In this document: one piece after another, positions 38,247-51,618 of the stretch | Layout: every line of letters begins with the position of its first letter | Numbering within the stretch: position 1 is the first letter of the stretch | Source of the DNA: Asterionella formosa | Lineage: Eukaryota | Assembly (NCBI GenBank): GCA_002256025.1 | Contig: NKIB01013343.1 | Coordinates: forward strand, 1-59,316 | Direction of reading: 5' to 3' | Length of the DNA: 59,316 nucleotides | Notes under the pieces: model-generated | Databases searched by the model: none | Seen by the model: the letters and a program-made list of their open reading frames with translations, nothing else | What the model was told of the DNA's origin: nothing | Position numbers and translations under genes: made by a program

Positions 38247-39028
38247 ATATTGACATAGGTTTTATGCTGATTTTACTCTTCCAAACAGGGAAACGTCAAA
38301 ATGTGGGCAAATGGCTTACAACAAGCAAATGACAATGATCAGTAAGTGTGACCTGAAGCAAAAGTAAGCAATAATATTGCTAATAAGTTGGTATGGGAAA
38401 ACAAAGGCAGATTTTTGTGGTTTCAATAAGGGTATTTCATGGAATGATGCCAATTTGATTAGCTTTTGCACAAATGCCAATGAGAGCATTGATTAACTTG
38501 CTATCAGTATCCATGTCAACATCCTCCTTGCTGAGTTGTGGTGGCACATTTTTCTTGTTTCTGTTGGGAGTCTGCATATAAGGGAATGCCAACCAGAAAT
38601 AGTTGCAACAGTCAACAATTTTCTCTCAGAAAGAATGCATTAGCTATTCATTCCTATTCAGTGAATCATTTGGTGAATTCAAAATAGTATCAATTCTTTC
38701 CTTTTACCATATTCATCCACTATATTGACAACATTTGATATTCATTATTACATGATAGGGTCAATATTATGTCAGTTGAATACCAACTATACACAGTTCA
38801 TGAGAAGTATATGTAACTTGAACCAATTTACAAAAGTCTAAGTTCTACAGTTCTTTGTTATCACAATGCTAGATTCACTTGCCAATCAGTCAACATCTGC
38901 AACCGCTCTCAACAATAATTTAAAAATAGAGGGGGCTGTAATAGCTTATTGTTGACTACTTCTACTCCAGAGGATACCAAAGGGATGCATGAAATGAAGA
39001 GAACATGATGTTGAGTGGCTTTGCTTTG

Positions 39029-41877
39029 TTAATCATCCATCATCATACCAAGGTCATGCTCTTCTTTGACAGCAATGTCGTCTGTGTCATTGCTTTCCCC
39101 ACAACCATCAGGGTCACTTCCCGAGCTAGCATCGGTATGTGGCTCTTCTTCGATTGTTTCCGAAAATAATAGTTCAAGAAGTTCGGGAGTGATGAAACCT
39201 GATTGACCACCTGTTCCTGGGCAGTCCGTGAGTGCACAGTGAAAACACCGCTTCCCAGGATCTGGATCTCTCATTAATGTGACTGTCATGTAAAGGGGGT
39301 TGGGATGGTGAGTGAGGGCAACATCCTTGCGCTCTCCCCTGGACGGAAAGGTGATGCATGGAAGCGTGATAGTATTATTATTCCATGTCTCGGATCCATT
39401 CCCCTCGTTAGAACTGGATACTCGACTGGTGTGTCCAGATGATTGGCCATCAGAAGAGAAAGATCCAGTCTCGTGCTTGTTGCTGCATTGCTCGCTCTCA
39501 GTGGTGTCTTGACGAAGAGCCTCCGCAACGATCTGGAATAGATTTGAAAGTTTGTCGGGTTTGACAATGCTGAAAATTGTCAAGCGTGAAGCTCCTTGTT
39601 TGGTCAGTCCAGTAGCCTTGAGAAAGAAATCGTTAGTGGTAATGACACGACCAGAAGGTGTGGCCAGAAGTTGCGGAATATTAGAGGCAACAAAGACCTC
39701 TTCGTAGTCAAGAGCAAAATTGGATGACAAAGAAGTTATTTCTTTCTTTCTTGCATCAACTTTGATTTTCTTCGCCTTCTTTATTTTGATGACAACATCA
39801 GATCGACCATGATCGCCAACATTGGCACTTTCGCCTCGGGCAACTGCGGCAGTCGAAGATATACTACTGTTAGGTTGACTGTTGTCATCTTCGTTTCTAC
39901 CTTCTGCATCCTTCTGACGACGCTTTCGGCGCTTTGTTTTTCTGTCGCCACCACTGTCGGACGAACCACGGTTGGAGTCTGTCACATCCGAAATACTGGA
40001 GCTCATCTTATTGAGGGAAATGTTATGACCACCAGGACCACTTCCATTGCCACGGTCGTCTCCACTAGATGATTCTTCAGCTGATGATTCGCTGTCTTTG
40101 GCCTTTCCTACGACTGCTCTGTCTTCCGCATCAGTGGTCACTTTACGCTTGCGTCTCGATCTCGCTAGTTGATCCTTTTCCATGGCTTTCGTGCTGGCTG
40201 TGAGACTCGAAGTTACACTCTCGGGCTCCGATCTCGATTGCTCGAGTATCTTCTCCTCCAACTTTCGTTCGGACATTGCAAGATCGCCCTTAGCCTGCTC
40301 TACGGCTTCCTCTTTGTTTTGGGTTGTTTCAATCAAATGCTTCACATAATCGGCGCAACTGTTTCAAGGAGGCGAGATATGAGGAATATGCCTGTTGAGT
40401 TAGAACACGTCACAGCAGCTAAATGCGATCAACAAATGAATTGAACTCACGTGGAAAGTGTATGATATTTAGACTTCATCTCCACCTTCCAACCACCCTT
40501 TTCCATACTTACCCGCAAGGCATCAATCAATTCAGTAATCTTTTGAGCCCGCTTTTGTTCGCGCTCATTTCGTTCCCTTCCCATTTTCGGCTTATTGGAA
40601 CGCCCATCAATAAGCCTGACCGTCCCAGGAGAATATAACGACAATGACGAGGAAATCCTTGTAACTGGATTAATTTGAGCATTGAGCTGGGGGTGAAACC
40701 CATTCACTGCCATGCCGTAGTGGACGGTATTGCAATCGTGGTAGAGAGGAAGGTTGTGCATTCGCTGCGAGGCCAAGAAATTAGTTCTAAGTTCCACTGG
40801 CGCATCAAAGAGCATAAACGGAGGAACGACACCTCCCGTTGGTTCAGCAACAATTGACAACGGCTTGGCCGTTTTTGTTTGTTGAGTAGCTAAAGTGGTA
40901 GGAGTTGGTTCATTTACCGGAACAATAGGAGGAGGAGCAGAAGTGGATGGCGCTGGAGCTACGCGATGTTGCTGCTGCTGAGCGACATGCTGCATCTGCG
41001 CTTGCTGTTGTGCCTGGAAAAGTGCATTGAGTTGTGGGTTCGAAGCGACAACACCAGCTTGGAGAAGTGGATTAAACATGAATGGTAAAATAGGAGAACC
41101 TTGGAGGACATTAGGATACATATTAAAGTGCATTAATGGTAGTGTGCCATGGACATGTGTAGGGCATGTCGACGATGCTTGCATGGCAAGAGGATGAAGA
41201 TGCGGGGCCCCATGATGTTGCTTGTTTTCTGCATAAAGTGATCGTGGTGTTGCAGAGGAGGATGTTATTGCTCCGTGACTTGTAGTAGTGGACGACGTTA
41301 TTGTGCTGTTGCTTGACGACGTTGAGGCAGAAACTACAGATGGCGACTGGTGATGGGTGCTTGCCAAAGCTGCATATTGTTGTGGCAGAAAAGCTGGGAC
41401 TTGTTGTTGATGAGCACCACTGGCGACCGCTGCCTGATGATTGAACGAAAGTTGTTGATGAATCAAGTGTTGTGGAAGCTGGACATAGCCATATGGTGCT
41501 TGATGATGTACTAATACTTGCTGGGTTGCTGCATACATCGGCGCTGAAGGGCCAGCATCAGACTGAGTCGCAGCTTGTACTTGATTCGCCCTGATATTCG
41601 CCATTTGAAAAGCCTGCAGCCTCTCCAACGCATCTGTCTGATCCCCCAGAGATCCGTTTGTTGTTATTGCATTGCGTCCAACTGGGTTAAGCGATGATGC
41701 TGTAGACGTGAATGCAGAGGATGTCCCACTGCAGATTTCCCCAAGGATTTCTGGTTGCATGGTTTCATGTGACGCCTCGCATTGCTTTTGTCCTATGAAC
41801 ACACTAGCATCTCCATCATTGTCATCCTCCCATTTCATAAGTGACGACGCAAAGTCCGAGGATATTTCCTGGTCCAT
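39029..41877 (-). CDS. bHLH-PAS transcription factor; exons 41877-40451 and 40358-39029
   Basis: bHLH RNEREQKRAQKITELIDALR...KSKYHTLSTCADYVKHL is restored by the 92-bp intron 40359-40450 (GTGAGT...CAG). PAS-like segment DYEEVFVASNIPQLLATPSGRVITTNDFFLKATGL...LTIFSIV. Q/H/S-rich N-terminus. The start codon is the first in-frame ATG. Confidence 0.9.
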
Positions 41878-42965
41878 CTTTTCCTCGGAGTCGTCCAAGT
41901 CTACTTCGTAATGACCCTTTCGGTTTCCTCGATTTTATTCCAGTGTCCTTCCTTCATTGAAGAGAAGTTTAAGATGCGATCGTGTCAGCAATCAAGTCAG
42001 TATGCTTGTGGTGAAGAAGACTAAGAAATATAAGCCTTGACAATGGTAATGATTCGATTAATTCATTCATTCATCAGATTATAGGAATGCGAAGCACTAT
42101 TGTTGACTCGAACGTGCTTCGTACCAGTAGTTGATCTGGTTACCGCTGAGGAAATAATTCGACCAGCTGTCAAAACTAAAAGCCATCACCGCCTTTTCGT
42201 TCGTCGCTCAACCAAAAACAGGATCACTTGAGGAGCATGAACAGCAGGCAAAGGGAAAACTAGCTATGAAAATTCCAGAGTAAAAAGGTGACGTGTGTGC
42301 GCGTATGCATGATCCGTCTTTCTCAAGGACCTACGAATAAAAGAGTGATTGACCCGTGACCGACCGACCGACCAACCACCATCAGCCCGCAATGGTAAAA
42401 CGCGAAGAAAATGTGATCGAAACAGATGAAAACTTCACTATCTTTGCAAACTCACCTTTAATTACTTGTGAGGAGCGTTGTAGAACTCTAACGGACTGTT
42501 GTAAAGCTAATGGTAAGCAAAATAGTGCATCAATCGCTCAGAACGATTTTCGTTTTTCTCGCTTGCATTTTGTGATGAGTGATGGGTTTTACTCCTGCAT
42601 AAAATAAGATGAACGAAGGTGCATTGCACAGCTGCTAACATCTGCGTCGACTCACGAATAGAATTGCCCCGTGATTGAAGTACCAGATTGTAAACCAAGC
42701 TGTTGCTAGCTACCAGGTTCCTGGTACCAGGGGTACCAGATAGCGCTATATGTATATAATGCTATTCATTACAATATGTACATATTGTTACACCGGTATA
42801 AAAAGTGCTCATGCCGACGTGCTACAGTATTCATATTTCGCTCATGTATAAGAAATTCATGCACTGTACACTTCACATGGACAAGAATACAACTACCGGT
42901 ACCGGCACCGGTAAATGTGTACGGGGTTACGGGAAATGAAAGAATACTTTTGTAATCATTAATGG

Positions 42966-43673
42966 AGTGGTACCAGGTACCCTTGTAACTGGTGCATGGT
43001 GCACCAGCAAGTTGCGGGCAAAAACAATTTAATATGGAATAAAGATAGCTAAACAATAATTATCATCAGCAAAATTACCGGAAGTCTTCTGCAGTCTGAC
43101 TGCAATGCTAGCTCTTTCTAGACAAGCTCAGTGTATTAAAACCTTCTGTTCTAATCCCACCTTATTGTGAGCTTATTTGATCTATCTTGTAATCATTCAC
43201 TTGACCAATTATTAAGGTTCTCTTCCCAAATTTGTAAATATTTATTCATTGTGTTGTTAGACATTCAATTCTCAACTGACAACTCAACTCCACTCACTTA
43301 CTAGAACAATCGTGAATATTCAATGCTATCTGCATTGCATATATACCTTTCCTTCATTGAAATATTGATTACTTAGAACATTCTCCATTCGAATATTTAC
43401 CTTGGTTTGCTGATATAGTTCTTGGCAATCAATGCTGTTCAAATTCTCACAGCATTTCAATACGGGATTTTGGCTGGAATATTATTCAAGATTGATTAGT
43501 TCGACTGAGCTAATATGCACGCAGTACTAAATCTTGACAGAGTGGTACCAGGTACCAGGTACCAGGTACCCTTGTAACTTGTGCATGGTGCACCAGCAAG
43601 TTGCGGGCAAAACAATGTAATATGGAATAAAGATAGCTAAACAATAATTATCATCAGCAAAATTACCGGAAGT
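42966..43673 (+). repeat. Direct repeats of about 120 bp (42966-43085 and 43540-43673) flanking the inverted copy of the 1260-1650 repeat
   Basis: AGTGGTACCAGGTACCCTTGTAACT...CAGCAAAATTACCGGAAGT occurs twice; the second copy has two extra AGGTACC units. Confidence 0.85.
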
Positions 43674-43684
43674 TGCAGGTACTA

Positions 43685-44376
43685 GGGCGGAGTACCACCT
43701 AAAAACTGCTTTGAATCTCCATCGGAGTTATTTTACGGCTTGTTTGAACCTCTATACGTAGAATAACGCGTTAGTCACGAGTTTTCTGCTTAGCATGTAG
43801 CACTTCTCTATGTATGAACGAGTTAAACTGAACATACATTTGTGTATAGTCGATATTTATATTTCATACGTGAAAGTGTCGATCGACCTTTTTTTGACAA
43901 AATAGCGGTTGACCACGACGTCGGAGTATTCAGGCATGAATTCGTTCATGAATTAAATAAACCTTATCATTATCATTTATTTATTTAGATCACACATAGA
44001 TTTGTTTAGCGCCAATGTAGAAATTATACCAAGTGTATGTAGCACCGGTAATTGATGGCGAATATGCATCATTAAACGTTGCACTGGTAATCCGTCTTCC
44101 CTGTAGAACATAAATTGATTCTACGGTATTAAGATATTTTTATATACCACTTTGAACCTCTATAATTGATAAATTCATGAATATAAACAATCATATCTTC
44201 CATTGTGCGTCGATGGAATCTGGGTGAATCGTTTGTCCAATCATAATCCCCCACCTCTCGTGAACATCTGGAGCATCTAAGATGATTGAAATGAATATTT
44301 CAGTGGTTAGTCATACTAATCGATCGAACGTAGTGAAAACGAGGTTCAAAGCAGTTTTTAAGTGGTACCTCGACCT
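43685..44376. mobile_element. MITE of about 690 bp with about 35-bp TIRs, flanked by TA
   Basis: GGGCGGAGTACCACCTAAAAACTGCTTTGAATCTC vs reverse complement AGGTCGAGGTACCACTTAAAAACTGCTTTGAACCTC. TA at 43683-43684 and 44377-44378. Confidence 0.75.
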
Positions 44377-46559
44377 TACCAGGTACCGGTACCTTAAAAT
44401 ATGGAATACTGTACATTATATGACAACCGGTACCAGACGTATTTACTGGTACCATGTCGTCCATCTGCATCCGGGAGTTGTTATTAATGGCATTATCGAC
44501 AGGAGCCATTTTTCTTGCAGCAACAACTTAAAAAGAAACATCATCATCGCTTTCAGTATCAATTAGGAAATCCTGTGTAGCTGATAGTGTCCCCATTGAC
44601 GATGGGGTAGTTCCCGCACTAACTCCTTGTCGCCGATTGGGTACAATCGCCGATTCGCTTTTTCTTTGTTAACTCATTTTGGTACTTGCTTCTTTGTTCC
44701 ATAACAGCAGTATTTGCCACATGTCACTTGTTTCCATGAACGTCTTGATGCTTTTTTGAAGACATTGTCCTCCTAGATAACTGTTGTTGTTGTCTTAAGA
44801 AGTTCGATGATCTTAAAATCAGATGTTGCTACAATGAAATGAATCATCAGCCACTACATGTAATATTTTACACTGTCTAGATACAATACCATAAGACCAA
44901 CAGTGCTATTTACATTATCAAATACAAAATCAGAACCAAGTTTGAGTAATAGCATATCTTGCTTTCAATTTTATGATCATGCAATCCTGAAATTATGATG
45001 ATTTACTGTCCCGCTACAATAGCAACAGTCCTGAACATATGGTGTTCTGTTGCTTGCTTACTACTCCGGCCGACTACCCCCAGTATATCACTTCCTACCT
45101 GCTACTAGTACTCTGTATATATACATATGATAAAATGCTATGATCATATGATGTACACATGAAGAACTCCCGCAAAATAAGGGGCTTAAATATTTGGCTA
45201 CCAAAATCCTTGCATATAAATAATGATACAAATGGGTTATGACTTACACCAATTGAATGGTCTACATAATTAGTTCCAACGGACGTAGAAAATATTGATG
45301 CAAACAACATTCAGAAACAGTACTGTTACACGAAGTCGTGGTAAACAATGGATATATCATGCATTGAATATTTTCGAATTATGTATATGCAAATAAGATC
45401 ATCTCAATAATACCAGACGTGCCATATTGAGAGTGCCTTTGAATTATATAAATGTACGACACTTAATATATTTATATATTTACAAATTTTATAACTATAT
45501 ACAGGGCAAATATATTTGAAATCGTTCTGACATCATGTTAACAAACAATGCCTGCTTCATGACGACAAGAAATTTCATAGTGACATTTGACAAAAGAAAG
45601 TTTACGCAATGACGAAAAAGATTATGGCTTTGACACATTGCGCCTTCGAAGGATGGAGTATGTTTAAGGTAATGAAGCCATCAATGTGGTACATGGATGA
45701 CAATTGTTGGGAGGACAACAACAAATAGTAAACTAGACGCACGTTTCCTTTCTTCTCAGTTGATTCAATAGCTCATTTCGCTTGTTAGGGAGCTCCAATG
45801 TAAAACAAAAAAATTGGTAAGTGCTATTGTCCTTGGACCTATTCACTACTGTTGGAACATAACTGAAGGACACATTTACCTTCTTTCAAAGTTAAGCTAA
45901 CGAAATGAATCGGTAAGTTTTCTTTGACAACATTGGATACCTGAAACTTACTACTAATTCAAGAATTTACTGACAATTTACTGACAATTTACTATTACAG
46001 ACTTATGCATCACTTGCTTTGATTTTTGGTAAGTGAAGCAAGAGGACACAATGGAATTGCGTGGTGTTGTGTCAGTGTCACATGACTAGCTAACAAGTCA
46101 TTCCTTCTCATTGTTACTGTAATTGCATAGGACAATAAAACCGATCAAACAAAGGACTAAACGGCAAGTTCAGAGTGTCACTAACAGCAAGGAGAGCGAC
46201 GAGACATTAAGCACTGCATAAAAAAATCAGAATAGAGGAGGGGCGAGACAGGAACAATATACATTGAGCCGAGTGGAGAGAGAAACATTGGGTCGCTGGC
46301 CTGTAGAATCATAGATAGCATTGCTAAATTTGATAGTTAAATTACGATCTATTCCAATCTATTTTGAACAATGCTTGTGATTAGAATTATGATGATGTTT
46401 ACGATAGATATACGATGAGACAATTCACATGATAGCATAGAGTTGAGCTGATTTTAGGATGCATTGTAGTAATAATTTATATTTGGCGATCACGAGAATT
46501 GAAAATGATATGAGAAGGTTTATGATGTTGATGAGTAATGTTGTTGATCAGTTGATATA

Positions 46560-46748
46560 CATTGTGTGATGATACTGAACTTATTATCATTATACTTCAA
46601 GGTCGGTAAAATATTAATAAATCATCATAGTTACAGGATACCTTGATCATAGTTTTGATCCAAAAATTATCATATATATGAAAATCTTGTGCCACTTAGC
46701 GTACGATACCCTTGATCCTATATGCATGATACTTTTTATTTGCAGACG
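46560..46748 (-). mobile_element. Terminus of a CGTCTGCAAATAAAAA-family element
   Basis: The reverse complement matches 21406-21590 over about 170 bp and shares its terminal 16 bp with 25634. Confidence 0.7.
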
Positions 46749-47337
46749 AACCTGATTTGTATCCACATATAGGGTTGATTTTTACCGAATAAATCAAACT
46801 TTGCATAGGTTACATGTAGAAAGAAAAAAAATTGCATGAAAGTGTCGGGAAATGCACAAACTGTCAGTCAGAGGAATTAGTATTTACATTTTAGCATCGA
46901 AATATTTAGTCGCTGTAAGGACAAACAGCATATTGTTCTATGTCTATATGTATGTATAGAAGTAACTTTGAAATGACCTACGGTAATCAAGATTCCATAG
47001 GAATATGCTACACGACATGGTAAATACATGAAAGTCAGTACAAAAAAGTTTTTGAGGTATTTCTTGCATTTTGAGCTGTTGCGCTCTTTCCGAGATTTCT
47101 ATTGCTCAAATTTTCTCATCTATTGGTAAAGAAGATAGAAATAATTCTCTAATAGAAGTGATCAAGCTAGTCACTGCAGACTCAAAGATGTCTCGTTTTT
47201 GTTCGTAGCCTACCGGTAAATAATATGGTTGTTTGTCCCGTATCATATGTCCTACTTATGTAGCTAGTTGAAACTGATAAGGAGTACCTGGTACCAGTAA
47301 ATTCCGGTAAGCTATCAATGTCACAACCAGGTACCTG

Positions 47338-47632
47338 TTTTGCGATACATCTCATGCAACCAATCTGTTGATTTGTCGCTCTAATACAGGTACTATTATC
47401 CTATTTTAAATGGCACTGCAATTCGATGGTATTCAAAACGTCAAAACACGACTGAATCTTCCACTTCCGGTCCTGAGTTTATTGCACTCAAAATAGCTGC
47501 TGAAATGAACGACGCAATGCGTTATAAACTTCGCATGCTGGGGATACCCATACAACAACCTACTAATACATTCTGTGACAAGAACAGTGTGGTGATGAAT
47601 GTGACTACACCAGAATCAACTTGACAAAAGAA
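47338..47632 (+). mobile_element. Isolated Ty1/Copia (CoDi-like) RNase H fragment
   Basis: Translates as FCDTSHATNLLICRSNTGTII / YLNGTAIRWYSKRQNTTESSTSGPEFIALK...RYKLRMLGIPI...FCDKNSVV. Not in the ORF track. Confidence 0.9.
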
Positions 47633-47949
47633 ACTTGTTTGCTCAAATTTCGGCGCATGAACACAGTTGAGGCACCATTAGAAGCGCAGCAACCTGTTTG
47701 TTCAATGCGAATTCTAACAATTACATTAGCCCTATTCTATAAAAAGAAATATAGAACCAATTTTAGTCATATATGCTGGTGCCCTTGCTGTTGCCGCTGT
47801 GTATTTATGTATATTGTATATATTGTTAGCTTGTTTGTGTAATATATACTTCCTGTTTATCTTCGTGTTTATATTGAGTAACTGTGTCCATTGACAATTA
47901 ATCTGTTCTCATGAAATCTAAACAGAAATAGACATTACAAACTTACATA

Positions 47950-48070
47950 GAAAATTGATATAAATATGGATTGATTTGCTAGATATATAGTCAAAAAAAG
48001 CAATCATGCATTCCCTGCTGGACTAACTCATTGTGCATTTTCCGACACTTTTGTGCAAAAAAGTGTAGGG
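47950..48070 (+). repeat. Dispersed transposon-end-like repeat, also at about 3735-3845, with a partial inverted match at about 46830-46860
   Basis: ATTGATTTGCTAGA.TAT.TAGTCAAAAAA...TGTGCATTTTC.GACACTTTTGTGCAAAAA is shared. Confidence 0.7.
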
Positions 48071-48084
48071 GACGCACCGTTACA

Positions 48085-49400
48085 TGTAGTTTAGTAGTAA
48101 CCCGAGTCATTAGTTCGGTTCTCATCTGATCCAGGGCAGTTGTATCACGAACCTCGTGATCATAACAATTTTGTCCCTCCCAATGAATACAACATGCACA
48201 TCTGTCTGCATCACGTGCTGGCGTACCACGTGAGTCCCTGTGTATTAAGCAGCAGTGACAAAAATACGTGGAGTTGGCACTAGAACCCCCAACACACAAA
48301 AATTTCCATTGTGATGACATGTCCTGGGGACTCAAAACGTTGAATGGGCGGTATACAGGTCCATGAATACTCTCAGCCAGGTAAGCCCTCTTGTTGCAGC
48401 TTCTTCATGAACAAGAAAAAATATTTCATAACAACCACATGATAAGCCTGTTTGCTGTCATTTGCAAATAACACCTTGAAAGGAAAAAATTGTTCTCATG
48501 ATTGGTACTTGCTGTTTAGAAAAAACGGTTCATTGGTGAGTGGGTCAGTTGCTCGTTCATCACATACTAGCTTGAACCCAGCCAGCAGGTGAAGCATTTC
48601 GTTAATGGAGCGCCATCCAATGTGAAGGAGAGTAACACCTGTGTCTCATTATTCCCAATCAGGCGATAATTATGGAACCCAGATTTTTGCAACAGGTATC
48701 GAAGGTTTATTTCAAATGAAAACTAGTAAGTGGGGCCAAAATCGGTCATTGAGCTTGTCCACAGGATGATTGTCATGGCATATTGTTCTAACTCTCTTGC
48801 CTTCTTCTTAATGCTTGTCGATCATGGCATGCAACACTGCAGGTTTGGGTGATTTTCGAGAAAACGTAATTCATCTATTGCGATGTAGTTGAGTCTGCCA
48901 TTGGTGGCAGAATCAATTGTTTTTCAGGAGAAGGTGAGCTTTATAAATCTACTCTCGAATTGCTTTTCTACTGTGATCTAACAATTTCTCTTCGTATATA
49001 CTTCTGCCAAAACAGACACCCCAAAGAGACACTCAACCAGGATATGGCATTTCGACAATACCCATTTATAGCCAAGCAAGGATGAGACCAAGAAGGAAGC
49101 GTATGGCGGCTCCTGTAAGTAAATAATGTTGCTCATTCAAACAGCTCTCTTGTGTTTGCCTCAAATTGAGCTGGTGCGCACTCTCTTCCAAAATTTCCAC
49201 TAACTCAGCTTTTTTTGTTCCTCTAAAAAGGAGAGAAGAGGTTGTTTTGTTTGCTACCAGCTGGTGCTGCTGTCGATTGTTTTCATTGTACTCCTCCGCT
49301 CTTCTTTCCAATTCGACAGCTCTTTGTTCCAGGAGAGCAATTTTTTATTCCTTTTTCTTAAGTTATTAACCGAGTTGCTCCCTAGTTGACAGATGCTAAT
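48085..49400 (-). mobile_element. Decayed DDE transposase of RAG1/Transib (CMC)-like architecture
   Basis: LLSFTLDGAPLT (D at 48615-48617), then PQDMSSQWKFLCVGG...YFCHCC (D at 48321-48323 followed by CxxC). Many frameshifts. Confidence 0.5.
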
Positions 49401-49529
49401 TATTTTCTTCAACTGGCGGAGGAAGAGATTCAAGTGTTGACGATCTCAATATTTTCTTGGTGTGGTGGTGAATTATCTTGGTGGTCTTGCATGACTTTTT
49501 GACTTTAGGTCCCTTCTTGGAGGATAGAA

Positions 49530-50330
49530 TTTTTAGATAAGTGAAAAGAGCAGGCGACTGGTTGGTTGGTGGAAACATTGTTTTCGTCAAATTTCTGCTC
49601 CATGAACAACCCGATGATTTTAAAATATACTTTGCGCCTCACAGCTCCGAAATTCAGAAAAGGCTCATTTGCAGCGCTGTAAAAGCCCAGCTCTTAGTAA
49701 TTGGGAGGGTGCTCACCCTGCTTGGGTATTTTTTGATAGAGTGGCAGGTAGCAATCGAGTTATGCGCGAATCTCTCCCAGACTCAGGAACTCAATCAGGC
49801 GCAGGCCCTACAGTGGGTCAAGAGTGTAATTATAGAAATATGGCTTCTTACTACCCAGGCATAGGCCTACCGCAACACAGCTCTACATCAACGAAAAAAT
49901 GCCCACATCATCTAGTCAGAATGTGACATGAGGGTTGCAGCCCTGTATGCTGAACAATATGACATATGTCTAAGAGATAGACATCTGTTTCACCAACCAC
50001 AGGAGGATCCTCTCAGATCCAAATTAGGCTCCAAACGACGTTTTCTGGAGAAGGCCAAGTTTCTCTTTGAGGAATCAGCAAAAATGGCAAGAAAGGGGCA
50101 GCAATACATCCACAAATTCTTTCCGAGAAAAAAAAGCACACCATCGGTGGCCCCACAACCCATGGTTCTGGGGCAGCCAACCAAACAACCACAAGCACAA
50201 ACCTGTATTCACACTTTCTTCTCAGGTCACAGGACAAAGAGATTGAATGACCCAAAACCATGCATCATTAGAACTCTTGCTTTCAGCACCACTCTGTACT
50301 ACTCCACACATCAATAGCAGGTCGATAGAG
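49530..50330 (+). mobile_element. 3' fragment of a second Ambal-like non-LTR element
   Basis: AQLLVIG..LGYFLIEW...QWVKSVIIEIW...RNTALH...VAALYAEQYDICLRDRHLF parallels the C-terminus of ORF 15063-16691. Confidence 0.65.
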
Positions 50331-51618
50331 TCCCACCACACAACACATCCTGCTTGACAGCGCCAGAATTCAATACAGATGTTATGATGATATCAGGAGG
50401 GTTAGTATTTTCGAACACCCAGGCTGCTCACACCAGGAAGCGCCATGCCGGTTGCCCTATCACAAATAGAGTAGTTTAAAGGCGCTATAAAAGTGAAGTT
50501 GATTAAATGGAGGAGTGCTACAAGGGAGTTCAGAGAAAGATATCATAATTGTAATTGGTACTTTGATGTCTCCTTTGTCATGAGCTGCTAGATTTCGAGC
50601 ATTGCACCTTGTTTATTGTCTTGATTCATCGTGAATGGCTGATTTTTTGCCTCCTCTGGAAGAATGTTGATTTGCTCCCTGAATATATCACATTCATGGC
50701 AAGTATGAATGCCATGAGCAATGGCGAATCGTCGAGGAACAACAGAGCAATAACATTCAGCCAGAATGCCTCTGAACGGACTGGTATCAGGAACACAGTC
50801 ATCGTCATTCTCCATGGTGAATGAAGGTGTGTTTCTAAAGAAATGTATATGAAGACGGATTGAGCATAAGCTAATATAAAATCATTTTTTAATTACTTAG
50901 AAATTTTATATTGCCCCTTTTCACAAATGCTGACCACGAAGTTTTAGAGACGATTTCTAACTTTGGCAATATTGACTTTAACTGCTGGTAACCCTTTGCT
51001 GGGTGTCTATTGCCCGAGTTGGAGTACCACCATATGGAAGGGTTGCGAGTTAAAGTCACAATTAAGAGAGTTTTTTAATGATGCTTTCTGCCAAGGGGTA
51101 ATTTTCCCTTTTCTGATGGCGATAAAAGGAATATATTTATTTAGCATATATTAAACTAATAGCGTAAAAATCCATTTTGTACTGCCCTGGTATCCGAATC
51201 CTATCCATAACAACAAGTGCTCCACCATGTGTTTCCTGTAATTGTTCCCCTCCTTTGCTGCATTAGAACCCTCTTTGTGGGTTGAATGAGGCACTTGCTG
51301 TTTGCTTGGCGTGCAGGTGAGCTTTTGCCATGTTGATTGTGTTTCTTGGGACCATTCCCAGAAGGGAACCCGGAAACCTTCGTAGCTTCACTACCAGTTG
51401 TTGCCTTGCTGCTCTTTTTGTACTGAAGTAGACTTTTTATATTTGCTTTTTATACTTAGTTAAAAATTGGTATCCAGTAATAGGCAGCCAAGATCCCTGT
51501 TTAGCCATTCTTTGAAATCTCCTTTTTCTCGTTCTCATAATGGCAACCTTTTCTGGGCCACATGGTGGCTAACAAAGCATGAGTGACACAGGACACAAGT
51601 TGCACTTAATATTTGCCA

